Positions 23,401-34,562 of a DNA stretch of 64,000 nucleotides are shown here, in pieces (positions within the stretch are counted from its first letter, which is position 1; each line of letters opens with the position of its first letter). Position numbers and translations under genes: made by a program. The notes beneath the pieces are model-generated. The model made no database searches. It was not told the origin of the DNA and saw only the letters and a program-made list of their open reading frames with translations. Source of the DNA: Histomonas meleagridis 2922-C6/04-290x (lineage: Eukaryota; Protista; Parabasalia); the NCBI GenBank assembly GCA_020184695.1, contig JAANOX010000279.1, forward strand, positions 186,001 to 250,000. Direction: 5' to 3'.

Positions 23401-23539
23401 CACAGCATTAGCTATTGTTACAGGTATTGTTTGGGTTTGTATATTTAACTTGAAGAAGGTGAAAGAACTAATTTTGGATGCAAAACAAATGGTTCTTCCT
23501 AGCAAAAAGACTAAGAAAGGTAATAAAAAGCAGAAATAA
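20426..23539 (+). CDS. NOMO: Nodal modulator (NOMO)-like ER membrane protein
   Basis: Signal peptide, repeated prealbumin/carboxypeptidase-regulatory-like beta domains (TDKDGRF, TDENGNF, TDSHGKFRIGGL), a single C-terminal TM helix and a basic tail; about 1037 aa. Confidence 0.72.
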   Translation: MLVFTLISLTVSTDSAGVGGFVSFQFPYNGDKASLFSQLTVVIKTPQGSLIDTAEVQPTGYWVIPTPQHRELVITIRKPSGLVISPPTSYIQYPFNSNVDFQIQGFSVSGTIVAKADSNSLVHVSLLVEVTNGKDITISNMSSTDGTYTIGPLPPGEYKVSLKDAIAESQKVTVDKPLSECNPLIITEWAQSGSVEFPEGTTKHSVKLQLSGEGISQEVETDKDGRFVLKGLSVGSYQLKSANEDIIISSASFSISVSKLPVPIVMRYEGLKVHGKVTFPDAKGLSNVAVTLNPGNHHTKTDENGNFVFTQILSIEAPKLEVSYPFYKFEIPEIPPITIEPLPLINVLVTEAPINCRVECPKADLTFTGAVNTKVTVTNGTFCITSPVGEDVTIKAESECGFEYNEITVKSPNEKVRFSRMKATVDGTVKCINDKCNTNTILKLINSNYKYETKLNENGQFTFEDIEFGNYKLSILNTKNEKFAISKKDVKVSEKFTKVGEIGAQTSFVYNVTVSHSMSVKCGDEILQLQRGLNTIETKSTIIESYDCHKFSNVNIQMNQRIIVESIERQVIVNGEEGTYTVYLNNEELNSPYKFNQKVDEEVTISLKAIAPYVVNPESQKVKSVSTCEECGIKFDVIRGIEYSGKIIPAVSGVSMTAISDGKVISSTLTNDLGEYSLGSYPSNINIEVTAVLDGYKFTKKEKSFDFESEKLSSIYVTFEHQPNANVKGIMLSISRVDGYAHNVMIDDENSVINNLEKGQYYIKPILREHEFIPSQTTIELTQQEANISFSIIRVKFGISGEVRRVTGEPEPDIEIEAVYPNGEHQTTVTDSHGKFRIGGLLPNQTITLISKISSTSLIGKVTPTQLKVKMENEEKTNIRFISLKPNPSFDIIGELDILPDFLPSMNVALMSSNGKVVDRFTFPSKLSNMFYFTNLTDEKYFIYAASTMQAARINCTAPEIEKQTPQVNTVVECQVAQDEAIEETHGSVVAATALAIVTGIVWVCIFNLKKVKELILDAKQMVLPSKKTKKGNKKQK

Positions 23540-23667
23540 TAAACAAAACACATAACTTTAATTAACACATCAAAATATGTTTTGATGTTATTAAATTGTC
23601 ATTTTATTTTGAATGATTTTATTTTTGTCATTTATTCTGTACAATTGACATAAACCGTTAGCCAAAA

Positions 23668-25710
23668 ATGGCTAAGTCGATTTCTCATGTCCTGACATTG
23701 GTAATTTTAATATTATCATGTGTGTTGGCATTCATTATTCGACAATTTGCTACCGTAATTAATGAACCACTTATTCATGAATTTGATCCTCATTTTAATT
23801 GGAGATGTACTCAATACATTGATAAACATGGTCTTTATGAATTCTTGGGTTGGTTTGATAATATTTCTTGGTTCCCACAAGGGAGACCAGTTGGTGAAAC
23901 ATCTTATCCAGGTTTAATGTATACATCTGCAATTATCAAATGGACATTACAAAAGATTCATATTAACATTGATCTCATGTATATTTGCGTTTATATTGGT
24001 CCTGTATTTTCAATTTTCTCAGTATTAGTAGCATTTTTATTTGGTAAATTATTAGGATCAACAAAACTCGGACTTGTTTATGCAGCTGTTACATCTTTTA
24101 TCCCAGGTATGATTACACGAAGTCTTGGAGGTGCATATGATTATGAATGTATATCATTATTCATCATTGTTCTTTGCTTCTATACATTTGCACGCGCACT
24201 TAAGACAGGATCTATTATGTGGTCTACCATATCCGGTGTTGTTTATGGTTATCTAGCTCTTACATGGGGAGGTTATGTATTTGTTGCAAATTGCATTCCA
24301 CTTTTTGTCTGTGGTCTTGTAGCACTTGGTCAATATACATGGCGTCTTCATATTTCATATTCTATATGGGCCATTGTTGGTACCATATTAACATATTCAA
24401 TTCCATTCATTTCCGACAAGATTGTCAAAAAACCGGAACACTTTGCATTAATTGGTGTCTTCATTGTCCTTCAAATCTGGGGTCTCTTTACTGTATTCTA
24501 CAAATGGCTTAGTCAGCCATCTTATTCGACATTATTAATTTCATCCATTATGTCACTTCCACTTTTGTTAATGGCGGTTGTTACGATAGGCATTTCGACA
24601 GGTTTACTTGGCGGCTTCAGCGGCCGTTTAATGCAAATGTTTGATCCCACATATGCAAGTAAACATACAGCTATTATTGCTTCCGTAGCCGAGCATCAAC
24701 CTACAGCATGGGGCAAATACTTCATAGATTGTGCCTTATTTATAGTTTTATTCCCAGTTGGATGTTATATTATCATCAAAGAATATTCCATTCATAAGAA
24801 ATTTGATGAGACGAAACTTTTAATTTTAATATATGGAATCTCCACCTTATATTTTGCATCTATTATGATTCGATTAGTTTTAGTCTTCACTCCAGCTATG
24901 GTATTAATCTCTGGTTTAGGTCTTGATTACATAATGAAGTTAGTCTCACGCAAACGTAAAGATCAAATCTCAATTGTTTCCACCATTACATTGTTCATCA
25001 TCTGCATCTATTCTGTCTTACATGCAGTTTGGTTCTCATGTTATTCATATTCCGGCGATCACATTCATTTCCCAGTGCTCACACCACGGGGCCAAGAGTC
25101 GTCCGATGATTATCGCGAAGGATATCGATGGCTCTGGACGAACACCGGCGTCAACGAGCGCGTGATGAGCTGGTGGGATTACGGGTACCAGATCTCTTCG
25201 ATGGGCGGGCGCGCGTGCATGGCTGATGGCAACACGAACAACTTCACGCACATCGGCATCATCGGAATGACGATGAGTTCGCCCGAAGCCGTCTCGTGGC
25301 GACTCGCGCGAATGATGGACGTCGATTACATGTTAGTTATCTTCGGAGGAGCGTCCGCATACTCCGGAGACGACATTAATAAGTTCTTGTGGATGCCGCG
25401 AATCGCAAATCAGACGTTCACAAACATCAGCGGAGATATGTACCAAGTGAACCCGTACTCAGGACCAGTGGGAGAACAAATGACAAACAACATGACAAAC
25501 TCAATGATGTTCAAGTTCTGCTATAATAACTTTAAGAGATTCCAATTGTACCCAACGCAGCCAAAGGGAATGGACTACACAAGACATATCATAGTGAAGG
25601 ACATAGACAACATAAAACTGACGTTGTTCCAAGAGGCATTCACAACGGCAAATTGGATCGTCAGAATTTATAAGGTGATGCCCGACCCGCTGTGGGATAG
25701 AGTCTATTAA
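23668..25710 (+). CDS. STT3: Oligosaccharyltransferase catalytic subunit STT3
   Basis: IHEFDPHFN, ASVAEHQP, SWWDYGYQI, DGNTNN and DDINKFLWM motifs. Confidence 0.97.
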   Translation: MAKSISHVLTLVILILSCVLAFIIRQFATVINEPLIHEFDPHFNWRCTQYIDKHGLYEFLGWFDNISWFPQGRPVGETSYPGLMYTSAIIKWTLQKIHINIDLMYICVYIGPVFSIFSVLVAFLFGKLLGSTKLGLVYAAVTSFIPGMITRSLGGAYDYECISLFIIVLCFYTFARALKTGSIMWSTISGVVYGYLALTWGGYVFVANCIPLFVCGLVALGQYTWRLHISYSIWAIVGTILTYSIPFISDKIVKKPEHFALIGVFIVLQIWGLFTVFYKWLSQPSYSTLLISSIMSLPLLLMAVVTIGISTGLLGGFSGRLMQMFDPTYASKHTAIIASVAEHQPTAWGKYFIDCALFIVLFPVGCYIIIKEYSIHKKFDETKLLILIYGISTLYFASIMIRLVLVFTPAMVLISGLGLDYIMKLVSRKRKDQISIVSTITLFIICIYSVLHAVWFSCYSYSGDHIHFPVLTPRGQESSDDYREGYRWLWTNTGVNERVMSWWDYGYQISSMGGRACMADGNTNNFTHIGIIGMTMSSPEAVSWRLARMMDVDYMLVIFGGASAYSGDDINKFLWMPRIANQTFTNISGDMYQVNPYSGPVGEQMTNNMTNSMMFKFCYNNFKRFQLYPTQPKGMDYTRHIIVKDIDNIKLTLFQEAFTTANWIVRIYKVMPDPLWDRVY

Positions 25711-26178
25711 ATAAACAAATTACATTTGTATTTGATGTGTATTATATGAAGTACAAAACTTTTTGGCAGGTAACGATGAGACATTCAAAGAGGCACTGAA
25801 TCTAAATTCTGTCAATTCCCTTTTCAAAAACATCTTTCTACATTATTATTATTTTTTAAGCTCAAAGTAGCAACTGATGATATTCTTCAACTTTGTTTTG
25901 ATGATCCATGTAACTTATCAACATAGTGATTCATTACAAAACGAACATATTTTCCATATAAAACTTGTACAAACAAAATATATGATTTCCATCAATACTC
26001 AAAATAACATTACAAATTAAGTTATAAAAGTGAAGCCCCAAATCTAATAAAATATGTACCTCTATTTAGTATTTCAAAAGTATGTGAATTCTTATTTTAT
26101 AAAATATTTCTTTTTGTTATCTTTTTCATCTTATTATGCATTAAAAGTAAGTTATTCTCAAGAAAATTCAAAGAAAGA

Positions 26179-27656
26179 ATGAACATCTTTGTTACACCAA
26201 TTGTTTTTACTTTGCTTTTAATATCATCATATGAGGAATATGACACTACTACTAAAATTCTTACTATACATACGGCTGAAGAGTATAATGAAATAGATAG
26301 ATGCGATTATGCAGAGCATCTTATCATTGAAGATGGAGTTACAACTGTTACAGAAGAGGCATTTGATGATTGGTCATATTTGCAAACAGTCATCATTCGA
26401 GGACCTGTAACAATAATTTCTATAGGATTTTCTAATTGTGGAGAATTAAGAACTGTTGAAATTGAATCTGATTTAATAACACTTGGAATCGAATCATTTT
26501 CATTTGATCGAAAGTTATGAAGTATAACAGTGCCAAATACACTTGAATTTATTGAATATGGAGTATTTCAAGAATGTTATGAATTAAAAAATTTCATAAT
26601 TCCAGATAAAGTCGTTAACATTAGTTAAATCTGCATTTGCAGTTACATTTGGAAAAAGCGTAAGTAGAATTGATATTATGGATTTCAAATGTGCGGCTCA
26701 TTAGAAAGTTTAACTTTTCCAGATTCATTAACTTTCATTGGCATGTCTGCATTTAGAGAATGTCGAAATTTAACATCTGTTACTTTTGGTATTCATAGCT
26801 CATTCATCATTGAATATACATCATTTGGAGGTTGTGATAAATTAGAAAGTATCGATTTACCATATGGATTGAAAGAGATTGGTTCGTTAATATTTTCAGG
26901 ATGTAAATGATTAATGAATATAACAATTCCAGATTCTGTTACTGAAATTTAAAGTGAAGCATTTGCTTCTTGTCCATCATTAGAATATATCGAAATACCA
27001 AAATCAGTTCAAGAGTTATATCCTGATGCTTTCGAATATTGCGTTTCTCTTAAACAAATTTATGTTCATCCTGATAATCAAAATCTTTCCAACTATAATA
27101 ACGATGGAATTGTATATAACAAAAATATAACAAAAACCATAACTTATCCAGCTGGTAAAACAGATTATTATTATTTACCTGATTCTATTGGAATAATTGG
27201 CGAATTATCATTATGCTATAGTGAAAATCTTACTAGTGTTGTGTTTGGGGAAAATGTTAAAATAATTGAAAGATATCCATTTAGTAACACGGGTGCAAAC
27301 ATTCGATGTGTATATTACTTAGGTGAAGTTATGCCTGAGTTTACTGGTTATTTTGATGTTTCTTTGGATTGTAGGATACATATACAAGTTCAAATGTATT
27401 TGATCAATCAAATACGTTAACTCAAGAAGAAAATTCCCTTCCGAAAGGCGCTGGAATTTCGTGTGGAGTTGTAGTGTTTGTTTTAATTATCATTGGTTTG
27501 GTTATTTATTTCATAGTGTTCCAGAAAACTGTGAATAATGATAATTTAATACCTGAGGAAAAAGAACACACATCTTCTTCTGGTTACATGCACACCGAAG
27601 AAACAGATAGAGAATTAAACAAGTTTGTTCAAGAAGAAGATGATAAATGGATTTAA
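26179..27656 (+). pseudogene. BspA-like leucine-rich-repeat surface protein, multiply disrupted
   Basis: TpLRR repeats (LTFPDSLTFIGMSAFRECRNLTSV), several in-frame TGA/TAA and frameshifts; TM at about 27460-27520 and a tail ending EEDDKWI*. Confidence 0.82.
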
Positions 27657-28039
27657 AGGGAAAAAATATTATATAAATTTCTTGGAAATTCTAATTTTTT
27701 TATTTTTTTTTTATTTTCGAACGAAGTTAAATAAAGTAAAGTTATTTTGTTTCTTCGTTTTTATTTCGTAAAGATTATTGTTTTAGAAATTTTTTAGTAT
27801 TTTCTCTTCATCTTCAATCTTGAATATGAATATGATAAAAATTTTTATTTGGGTGAAACAAAGAACAAATAACAACAGTATTGAAATATGTCTGAGTTAT
27901 AGGTAAAATAAAAACAATTTTATTTATTTATTTTATTTGATAACTTAAATAATGTTAGATAATCATGAAAAATAAACGTCTTTATAGACTTTTGAATAGA
28001 CACATAGAAATGTTTCTGAGAAAAAGCGAACAAGGCCAA

Positions 28040-28969
28040 ATGAAGCTTTGGATAGACACTGATTGTGGAATTGATGATTCTACTGCAATCTTGATATGTC
28101 TTGCATGCCCTCATGTTGAAGTCGTTGGTATTTCATGCGCAGGAGGTAATGCTCCACTCAAAAACGTAATTCATAATGTAAACAGAACACTTAAGGTATG
28201 GGGTCATGGTGCTGAAAAAATCCCTGTTTACGCAGGATGTCCAGAGGCAATTCTTCATCAGTCAATTTTTGTTCCTGGAATCCATGGTAAAGATGGATTA
28301 GGTGATATTGATGACAGCCACTTTGATTACGATCTCACAGATAATCTATCACCAGAACATGGGGTTTTTGCTCTTATCAACGCAGCCAAGAAATATCCTG
28401 ATCTTTGTCTTTTAACACTTGGTCCACTTACAAATCTTGCTCTTGCATACCGTCTTGATAAGGAGGCCATTAACAAACTCAAAAGTATTACAATCATGGG
28501 TGGAACTTCTGATAATGTTGGTAATTTCTCAAAATGGGCTGAATTTAACATAAGAGCTGATCCAGAAGCTGCTGAAATTGTCTTCCGAGACATAGATAAC
28601 TCAAAGATAACAGTGAGTAGTTGGACTCTTACAACAAAACATCGACTTACTCCGGAAGACGTTAAACGATACACCGGTAAAACCGATACAACGATGCAAA
28701 AGTGGCTTCATTACACATGGCAATCAATGATACGCTTTAATAATAATGGAACGATGACTACAGCAGATCCAATTGCTGCATTTGTACTTTGCTATGGTAA
28801 GGATGGAGGTGTAACACAATGGAAACGTTATAAAGTTAGCGTAATTTTATCGGGTGAACAAGCTGGAATGACTGTTGCTATCCCAGATGAGACAGGCGTT
28901 CTCTACGCAATGGATATTGATCATGAAATGTATATGCAAACTGTTGAGAAACTTTCGCTTGATCATTAA
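28040..28969 (+). CDS. Inosine-uridine preferring nucleoside hydrolase
   Basis: DTDCGIDD, IHGKDGLG, LGPLTNLA, AEFNIRADPEAA and ADPIAA motifs. Likely ATG at 28040. Confidence 0.93.
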   Translation: MKLWIDTDCGIDDSTAILICLACPHVEVVGISCAGGNAPLKNVIHNVNRTLKVWGHGAEKIPVYAGCPEAILHQSIFVPGIHGKDGLGDIDDSHFDYDLTDNLSPEHGVFALINAAKKYPDLCLLTLGPLTNLALAYRLDKEAINKLKSITIMGGTSDNVGNFSKWAEFNIRADPEAAEIVFRDIDNSKITVSSWTLTTKHRLTPEDVKRYTGKTDTTMQKWLHYTWQSMIRFNNNGTMTTADPIAAFVLCYGKDGGVTQWKRYKVSVILSGEQAGMTVAIPDETGVLYAMDIDHEMYMQTVEKLSLDH

Positions 28970-29481
28970 AATTTTTTAGTTTTTTAGATTCTAAACTTTA
29001 TTTTGAAATTTCTAATTAAAACAAGTTTTGGATGAATTATGTACCAGGGAAAAATTTCCAAATTTTATCACATTCATTTACATTGACTGAATTGGGTTCA
29101 TCTTTTTCTTATATTGATCATATCTTCGTTTAATATGATTATATAGTTCTCCAATATTCAATATAAGAATGATTGTCAAGATTAACACATATGTTCATGC
29201 GTTTCTTAATAATAGAGCTCGCATGATCATATTTTAATATTATAAAATTAATTTAACCAAAAAGAAGAAAGAGATATAGAAAATGAAATTGAATAATGAT
29301 TTTAATCAAATGTTTATTCTTAAAAAGAAATATAGGATTAAATGATTAAAGAATTTCAAATGATGATATTAAAAATGTTTAATGTTAAAATCTAACACGA
29401 TATAATCCATTATTTTATTTAAACTGATTTAGACATTAGAAAAAAATATTTATTTGATAAATTTAATACATTTTATTAAAA

Positions 29482-30222
29482 TTAAGCATTTGATGCCATA
29501 TCCGATGTAACTGAGATAGAATGTTTAATTACAGGTGGATCTTTTATCTCTGTCGCAAGAGTCTTTAGGAGTCGAATTGTTCTTTGAGAAAGTGCTGACA
29601 AATTAATTTTTAGATCATCTTCATTAAAGTCAATCGTTGGCTCATTCTCTTGTAAAATATGAAGGAGTTTGGATAATTGTTGTGGATCGTCAACATAACG
29701 AAATGATTCTGAGATAAGTTTAGTATCTTCTGGCGTAAGCCAAGATCTCGCGACTTTTCGTTCTGGAACAAGCATTTCCATGTCTGGCGATAAATTAAAT
29801 TTGTCTAAATAAGGCGATGGTTGAGAACCAAAGAGTTGACAAAGCTCTGATTGTGCTTGAAGATATGTATTAACCCAAAGTTCATGTGGAAGAGATTCAA
29901 CCTTCTTCATAAGACGCGAAAATATTTTGGAGAGTCGTCTGGATATAAATGCCATAAGTGAATTATCTCCATGATAAGTAATTGCATTACTCCAAATTAA
30001 ATTAACATCATTTTTAAAATCAGAAACACACTGGTATTGGTGGTTGTTAAGCTTTTTCCGTACGGTTGATAAATCACTTGGATTTTTTATAACTGAAAAA
30101 TAATCTGGAACATTGTCTAAATTCGGATCTACTGGATTTAAAAAAACTTCTGCTATTGGGTGCAAAGATAATTCATCTATAATTTCTGTGCATAATTTAA
30201 TTTGTTCTTCAGTAAAAGCCAT
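29482..30222 (-). CDS. Bromodomain protein with C-terminal ET-like domain
   Basis: FLNPVDP...YFSVIKNPSDLSTV...NAITYH; C-terminal DLKINLSALSQRTIRLL. Confidence 0.88.
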   Translation of the reverse strand: MAFTEEQIKLCTEIIDELSLHPIAEVFLNPVDPNLDNVPDYFSVIKNPSDLSTVRKKLNNHQYQCVSDFKNDVNLIWSNAITYHGDNSLMAFISRRLSKIFSRLMKKVESLPHELWVNTYLQAQSELCQLFGSQPSPYLDKFNLSPDMEMLVPERKVARSWLTPEDTKLISESFRYVDDPQQLSKLLHILQENEPTIDFNEDDLKINLSALSQRTIRLLKTLATEIKDPPVIKHSISVTSDMASNA

Positions 30223-30347
30223 TTTATTTAATATTATCACATCACAATTCAGCGCAAAAGATCTCTGAAAAAGTTTGTTTAACGTTCGTATTTTTTGGTG
30301 GTTAACGATTAAAACAATCAGAAAAAAAATGTTGTAAAATTAAGTGG

Positions 30348-30794
30348 ATGGACAACGCTTTAACTCCAGAACAAATAGAAAGCTTCCGAAAGCGTTTTAA
30401 TGATCTTGATATAACGAAGACAGGCAAGGTAGACAGGGAAACAATGGCTGAAATTTTACATGATGAAGCAGAACAAATCGAGCAATTAATGATAATTTTG
30501 CTATTTGAAAAATATGATTTGAACCATGATGGATACATTTCATTCGAAGAGTTCATCACATTCTGCTCTGAAATGAAAGATTTATCAGAAGTTGCAATTC
30601 TTCATCAGATATTTAATCTTGCTGATGTTGATGGATCAGGATATCTTGACGTCACAGAAGTTGAAAGAATAGGTAAGCTTATGGGCTTGGATATTTCAAA
30701 AGAAGATGCTTGGAGTACGATAGATGCATTTGATCGTGATGGAAACGAAAAAATCGATTTTTCTGAGTTTCTACAAATCATATCTAACAGGTAA
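30348..30794 (+). CDS. Calmodulin-like EF-hand protein
   Basis: Four EF-hand loops: DITKTGKVD, DLNHDGYIS, DVDGSGYLD, DRDGNEKID. Confidence 0.92.
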   Translation: MDNALTPEQIESFRKRFNDLDITKTGKVDRETMAEILHDEAEQIEQLMIILLFEKYDLNHDGYISFEEFITFCSEMKDLSEVAILHQIFNLADVDGSGYLDVTEVERIGKLMGLDISKEDAWSTIDAFDRDGNEKIDFSEFLQIISNR

Positions 30795-31011
30795 TTCTAT
30801 ACATTTATGCATAAATTTTGTCACATTTTATGATTTTATTCGAAATATACAATTGAGAATTAAACAAATCAAACAAACAAACAACAAAAAACCCAAATAT
30901 TGAGTTTGCATGTTTTGCTTCGTTTTTTTTCACCAGATATTTAGTGATTACATAGATTCAAAAAAAAAATCATGTGATTAGTAAATAATAATATTTTGTT
31001 GTGTTTACTGC

Positions 31012-31449
31012 TTAAAACGGGAGAATTAAGACAACGTTGAAGAAAAATATCCAAAATGCAGCAAAGAATAATATTCCAATTGCTCCAAAAAGTTCTGTCG
31101 AAAACAAAAATGAATAGACCATAAGTAATACAGCCGCACCTGTCAATGTATAAGAGCCAATGGGATGCTCTTTTAGCATGTTTTGGGCTCGATCACCTTC
31201 TTTTGATGTTGTTAATAATAAATAAATTGCAATACCAATGATCACCAAAAGCATAATGATACAAAACCTGAAAGAGTTTTTTTGGTAAAACTTTTCATTC
31301 ATAAATTTTGAATATCCCTTTGTCATAAAAATGATCATTCCAATTGCGAAACCAGACACGAGAACCCACATAGTTCTCTTGAGCTTGAATTCGGTATTTT
31401 CATCATTTTTAAAAGCTTGGGGTTGTTTTGGGGCGTCTTGTCGAATCAT
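31012..31449 (-). CDS. Small four-TM membrane protein (weak TMEM128-like resemblance)
   Basis: Four hydrophobic segments; ends FNVVLILPF. The family assignment is tentative. Confidence 0.6.
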   Translation of the reverse strand: MIRQDAPKQPQAFKNDENTEFKLKRTMWVLVSGFAIGMIIFMTKGYSKFMNEKFYQKNSFRFCIIMLLVIIGIAIYLLLTTSKEGDRAQNMLKEHPIGSYTLTGAAVLLMVYSFLFSTELFGAIGILFFAAFWIFFFNVVLILPF

Positions 31450-31931
31450 TACACAAAGTTCGGTGGTTTACGATTAAAACCGCTTAATAGTACGATCAAA
31501 AACCACTTTAGAAAGAAGCATTTAGGATTCATCTTGTTATATATGTTAACATAGTTTTGCGAAACTTATTTAAATACATTTAATTGAAATTTTATGAATC
31601 ACTATAAATATAAGTTTCAATTGGAATAATTGAGAAGTAAATTACTAATCAAGTTAAAATCAAAACATATTATATACAATAATGCTTGTATGGTTTCCAA
31701 CTAAATAATCTGTGATAAATAATATAAATTTTTCTCAAAACCTGTATTTTTGTCTTTGATTTTTCGAACCTTAAAAAGTGATAGGTGATGATCTTTTTAA
31801 ACGTTCTCTGGGATTTTGGTATTCAAAAAACCACCAAATATGTTCTTAAAATTGTGTGCATAAGTGGTTGAGCATATAAAAAAGTGATTTTAAATGGATG
31901 AAAAGAATTTTCTATCGACCATTTATCATTA

Positions 31932-32267
31932 ATGTCAACACTTGATGTCACCCAACCTGATTTTGAAGATGGCTTATTATGTTTTGATCCTTTTTTAGAA
32001 CCATTATTCCAAATACGTCCTACAGATTTCATCAATGATAATTACCAAGAATTTTTTACAAACCAAAATATTGAACCACCAATCCCCTGTGTTGCTGATA
32101 TGATGCAAGAAGGAGATCAGGAAATACAGCCAGAGGAAATGTACTATCCAACATTTCGAATTCCAAACCCTATAACAAGTTCACACATTTTTAATAGATA
32201 CAAATGCCACAATTTTCCTATTGTTAAATACGAAAATTTTATGGATAAATTTAAGGATATGGATTAG
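31932..32267 (+). CDS. Hypothetical acidic protein
   Basis: 111-aa ATG-initiated ORF with coding-like composition; no domain recognised. Confidence 0.5.
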   Translation: MSTLDVTQPDFEDGLLCFDPFLEPLFQIRPTDFINDNYQEFFTNQNIEPPIPCVADMMQEGDQEIQPEEMYYPTFRIPNPITSSHIFNRYKCHNFPIVKYENFMDKFKDMD

Positions 32268-32555
32268 ACAAATTAATTTATATATTTTTGTAATAAAACA
32301 TATTAAATAGACAAAGACACTATATTTTTAACTTTTTTTGTTCGACATATAAATTAATTTTTGTGAATTGAAATAATTTTTTTTAAGTTTTTATTTTTTC
32401 CAAAAATATCATTCTTATAACATCCACTGCCTTTAGCGCATAAGGTTTTTGTTTGTTAATTTGAATTTTATCATTTTTTCATCTTTTTATGAAACTAACA
32501 AATCAGAAAAGGGCACCCCAGTATCCGAACAAACATTATCAAATACACTTTCTCA

Positions 32556-33875
32556 ATGTTGGCCCTATTTCTGTTTCCTTTTGCTCTTTCCGAAGCAGAT
32601 TTAATCAACAATGCTGTTAACAGAAAATATCAGATACAAGATGATCTGATCATTGTGACAGTTACAGCGAAAGTCTACAATCAAGGAACTTCATGCTCAA
32701 GTTACACTTTCACAATTCCAGAACGCGAAAACGAACATATTGGACATACAACAGCATCTTTCACATCAAACAACATCCGCTCTTTTGATAAATCCCTTCC
32801 AATATCTGTAAACGGAAATGAATATACCGTTGATTTAAAGAAGAGCATACCAACTGGAGAAGAGTTCACTCTTTACTTCTCTTATACACTTGGTGATTAT
32901 CTTTTGTTCACAAAGCAAAAAGTCGCATTGAACCAAAGAATTCAACTTTATTTCAATACAACAAAGTTTTTCAAGTCCAAATATCAAACAAAGAAATCAT
33001 CTCTTTCAATCGTTGGTATTCCAAGATCATCCATTACTACACCAAAACATGTTCTTGAAGATTCCGGAGTTCGAATGCAATCTTCAATGATTATCCTTAA
33101 TGATTTGACTAGCGATGATGGATCAGACTTCGAAATTGAGTTTACAACCTCACATCCAATGCTTCGTGTTGATAAAATAATTTCACAAACATCAGTCTCT
33201 CACTGGGGAAAGACTAAACAAAAGGCCTTCTACTCAATAACAAACGCAGGACCAAAGTTCACCGGTGAATTTAACAGAATTGATTTCAATCCTCGAACAA
33301 CTCCATGTTTCACTCAGTCCATAGAAATGCGTCCTCCAGAAGGCGCTCGTAACTTTTGGGCCTCTGATGAGTCCGGACTTCTTCAGAAGGAACTTCATTT
33401 GACAGGAAATGATTTATTGATTCCTCTTCGTGGCCCAATGCTCAGCAGTTGGAAGGCAACATTCACTGCTGGTTGGACTGTTGACACTTCAGTGTTTGTT
33501 TCTGGCGGATATCGCTTCAAAGCTCCACTTATTCCAAAATCAGTATCAGCGCCCGTAACAGAAGTTGTTGCTGAGTTCGTTCTTCCAGAAGGAGTAGAAG
33601 TAGTGGATGTTCAGGTTCCAATTGATGCCAATGTAACAAAATTCATTGAACCACATAATCTTGACTTGAATGGTCGTACTGTTGTAAGGATCGAAACCAA
33701 TCATCTTTCGACTGAAGATGATGTTCCTATCATAATTGACTACAAATTAGGATCTTATTATCATTTCTTGAAGATCTTAACTTTAAGTGTTGCATTTACT
33801 ATTGTCTTTGTTGCAATCATTGTCGCAAGACGTTTCGATTGCAGTATATCAAACAACAAAGAAAAGTCCGAGTGA
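32556..33875 (+). CDS. RPN1: Ribophorin I (OST1/RPN1)
   Basis: Signal peptide, VSHWG, GEFNRIDF, LRGPMLSSWK and a C-terminal TM; GGGCACCC ends 37 nt before the ATG. Confidence 0.82.
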   Translation: MLALFLFPFALSEADLINNAVNRKYQIQDDLIIVTVTAKVYNQGTSCSSYTFTIPERENEHIGHTTASFTSNNIRSFDKSLPISVNGNEYTVDLKKSIPTGEEFTLYFSYTLGDYLLFTKQKVALNQRIQLYFNTTKFFKSKYQTKKSSLSIVGIPRSSITTPKHVLEDSGVRMQSSMIILNDLTSDDGSDFEIEFTTSHPMLRVDKIISQTSVSHWGKTKQKAFYSITNAGPKFTGEFNRIDFNPRTTPCFTQSIEMRPPEGARNFWASDESGLLQKELHLTGNDLLIPLRGPMLSSWKATFTAGWTVDTSVFVSGGYRFKAPLIPKSVSAPVTEVVAEFVLPEGVEVVDVQVPIDANVTKFIEPHNLDLNGRTVVRIETNHLSTEDDVPIIIDYKLGSYYHFLKILTLSVAFTIVFVAIIVARRFDCSISNNKEKSE

Positions 33876-33951
33876 ATAAATTTATACTTTTCAAATGTGA
33901 TTTTTTTGTTATGGGGTGCCCAGAAACCGTTATTGTGTACGTTAATTAAAA

Positions 33952-34524
33952 ATGGAATTTGATGATTGCGATTATTCATGCCAACAAATTCCAAGTAGAA
34001 CACGTGAAGAAAAGAATCTCATAAAGAATCGTGATGCAATCGAGAAAACAAGACTAGCTGCCCGTCATGAACATTTTGAAAGATATCAGGCTGTTGATGA
34101 TATTATTAAACCAATTCAATCATCTAGTTGTATTGATGATGTTGATAGATTTAATAGAGATTATACTCAAGATCAGAAACGAACAAAAGAATTCGAAAGA
34201 CAACGTATGCTTGCTAGAGCTGCAGCAAAACATGAACAACAAGTTCAATATGAAAGAGCAATAGAAAAAAGAAGGGAAGAAGAAGCAGAAGAAATGGCTA
34301 AGGTAATGGATCAATGTTCAAAACATGACAAAAATAATGAAAGTACTCTTTATAACCCTGTAACAAATCAAGATCCTTTAGAAGGAACAAAACAATACAC
34401 AGCACAATTAGAATTAGATAAAGATAGAGAATTTCGTCGTGAGGTTCGAGCAAGAAGAATACAACACAGCTCAAATTCAACACAATACGATCCAATCACT
34501 GGGCTGCCCCGAAAATTTTGGTAA
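33952..34524 (+). CDS. Hypothetical coiled-coil protein with two Y[ND]P[VI]T motifs
   Basis: 190-aa ORF with charged helices; LYNPVT and QYDPITG. Confidence 0.7.
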   Translation: MEFDDCDYSCQQIPSRTREEKNLIKNRDAIEKTRLAARHEHFERYQAVDDIIKPIQSSSCIDDVDRFNRDYTQDQKRTKEFERQRMLARAAAKHEQQVQYERAIEKRREEEAEEMAKVMDQCSKHDKNNESTLYNPVTNQDPLEGTKQYTAQLELDKDREFRREVRARRIQHSSNSTQYDPITGLPRKFW

Positions 34525-34562
34525 GGAAAGTGATAAAATAAACTATTGAATTAACTTTCTAA

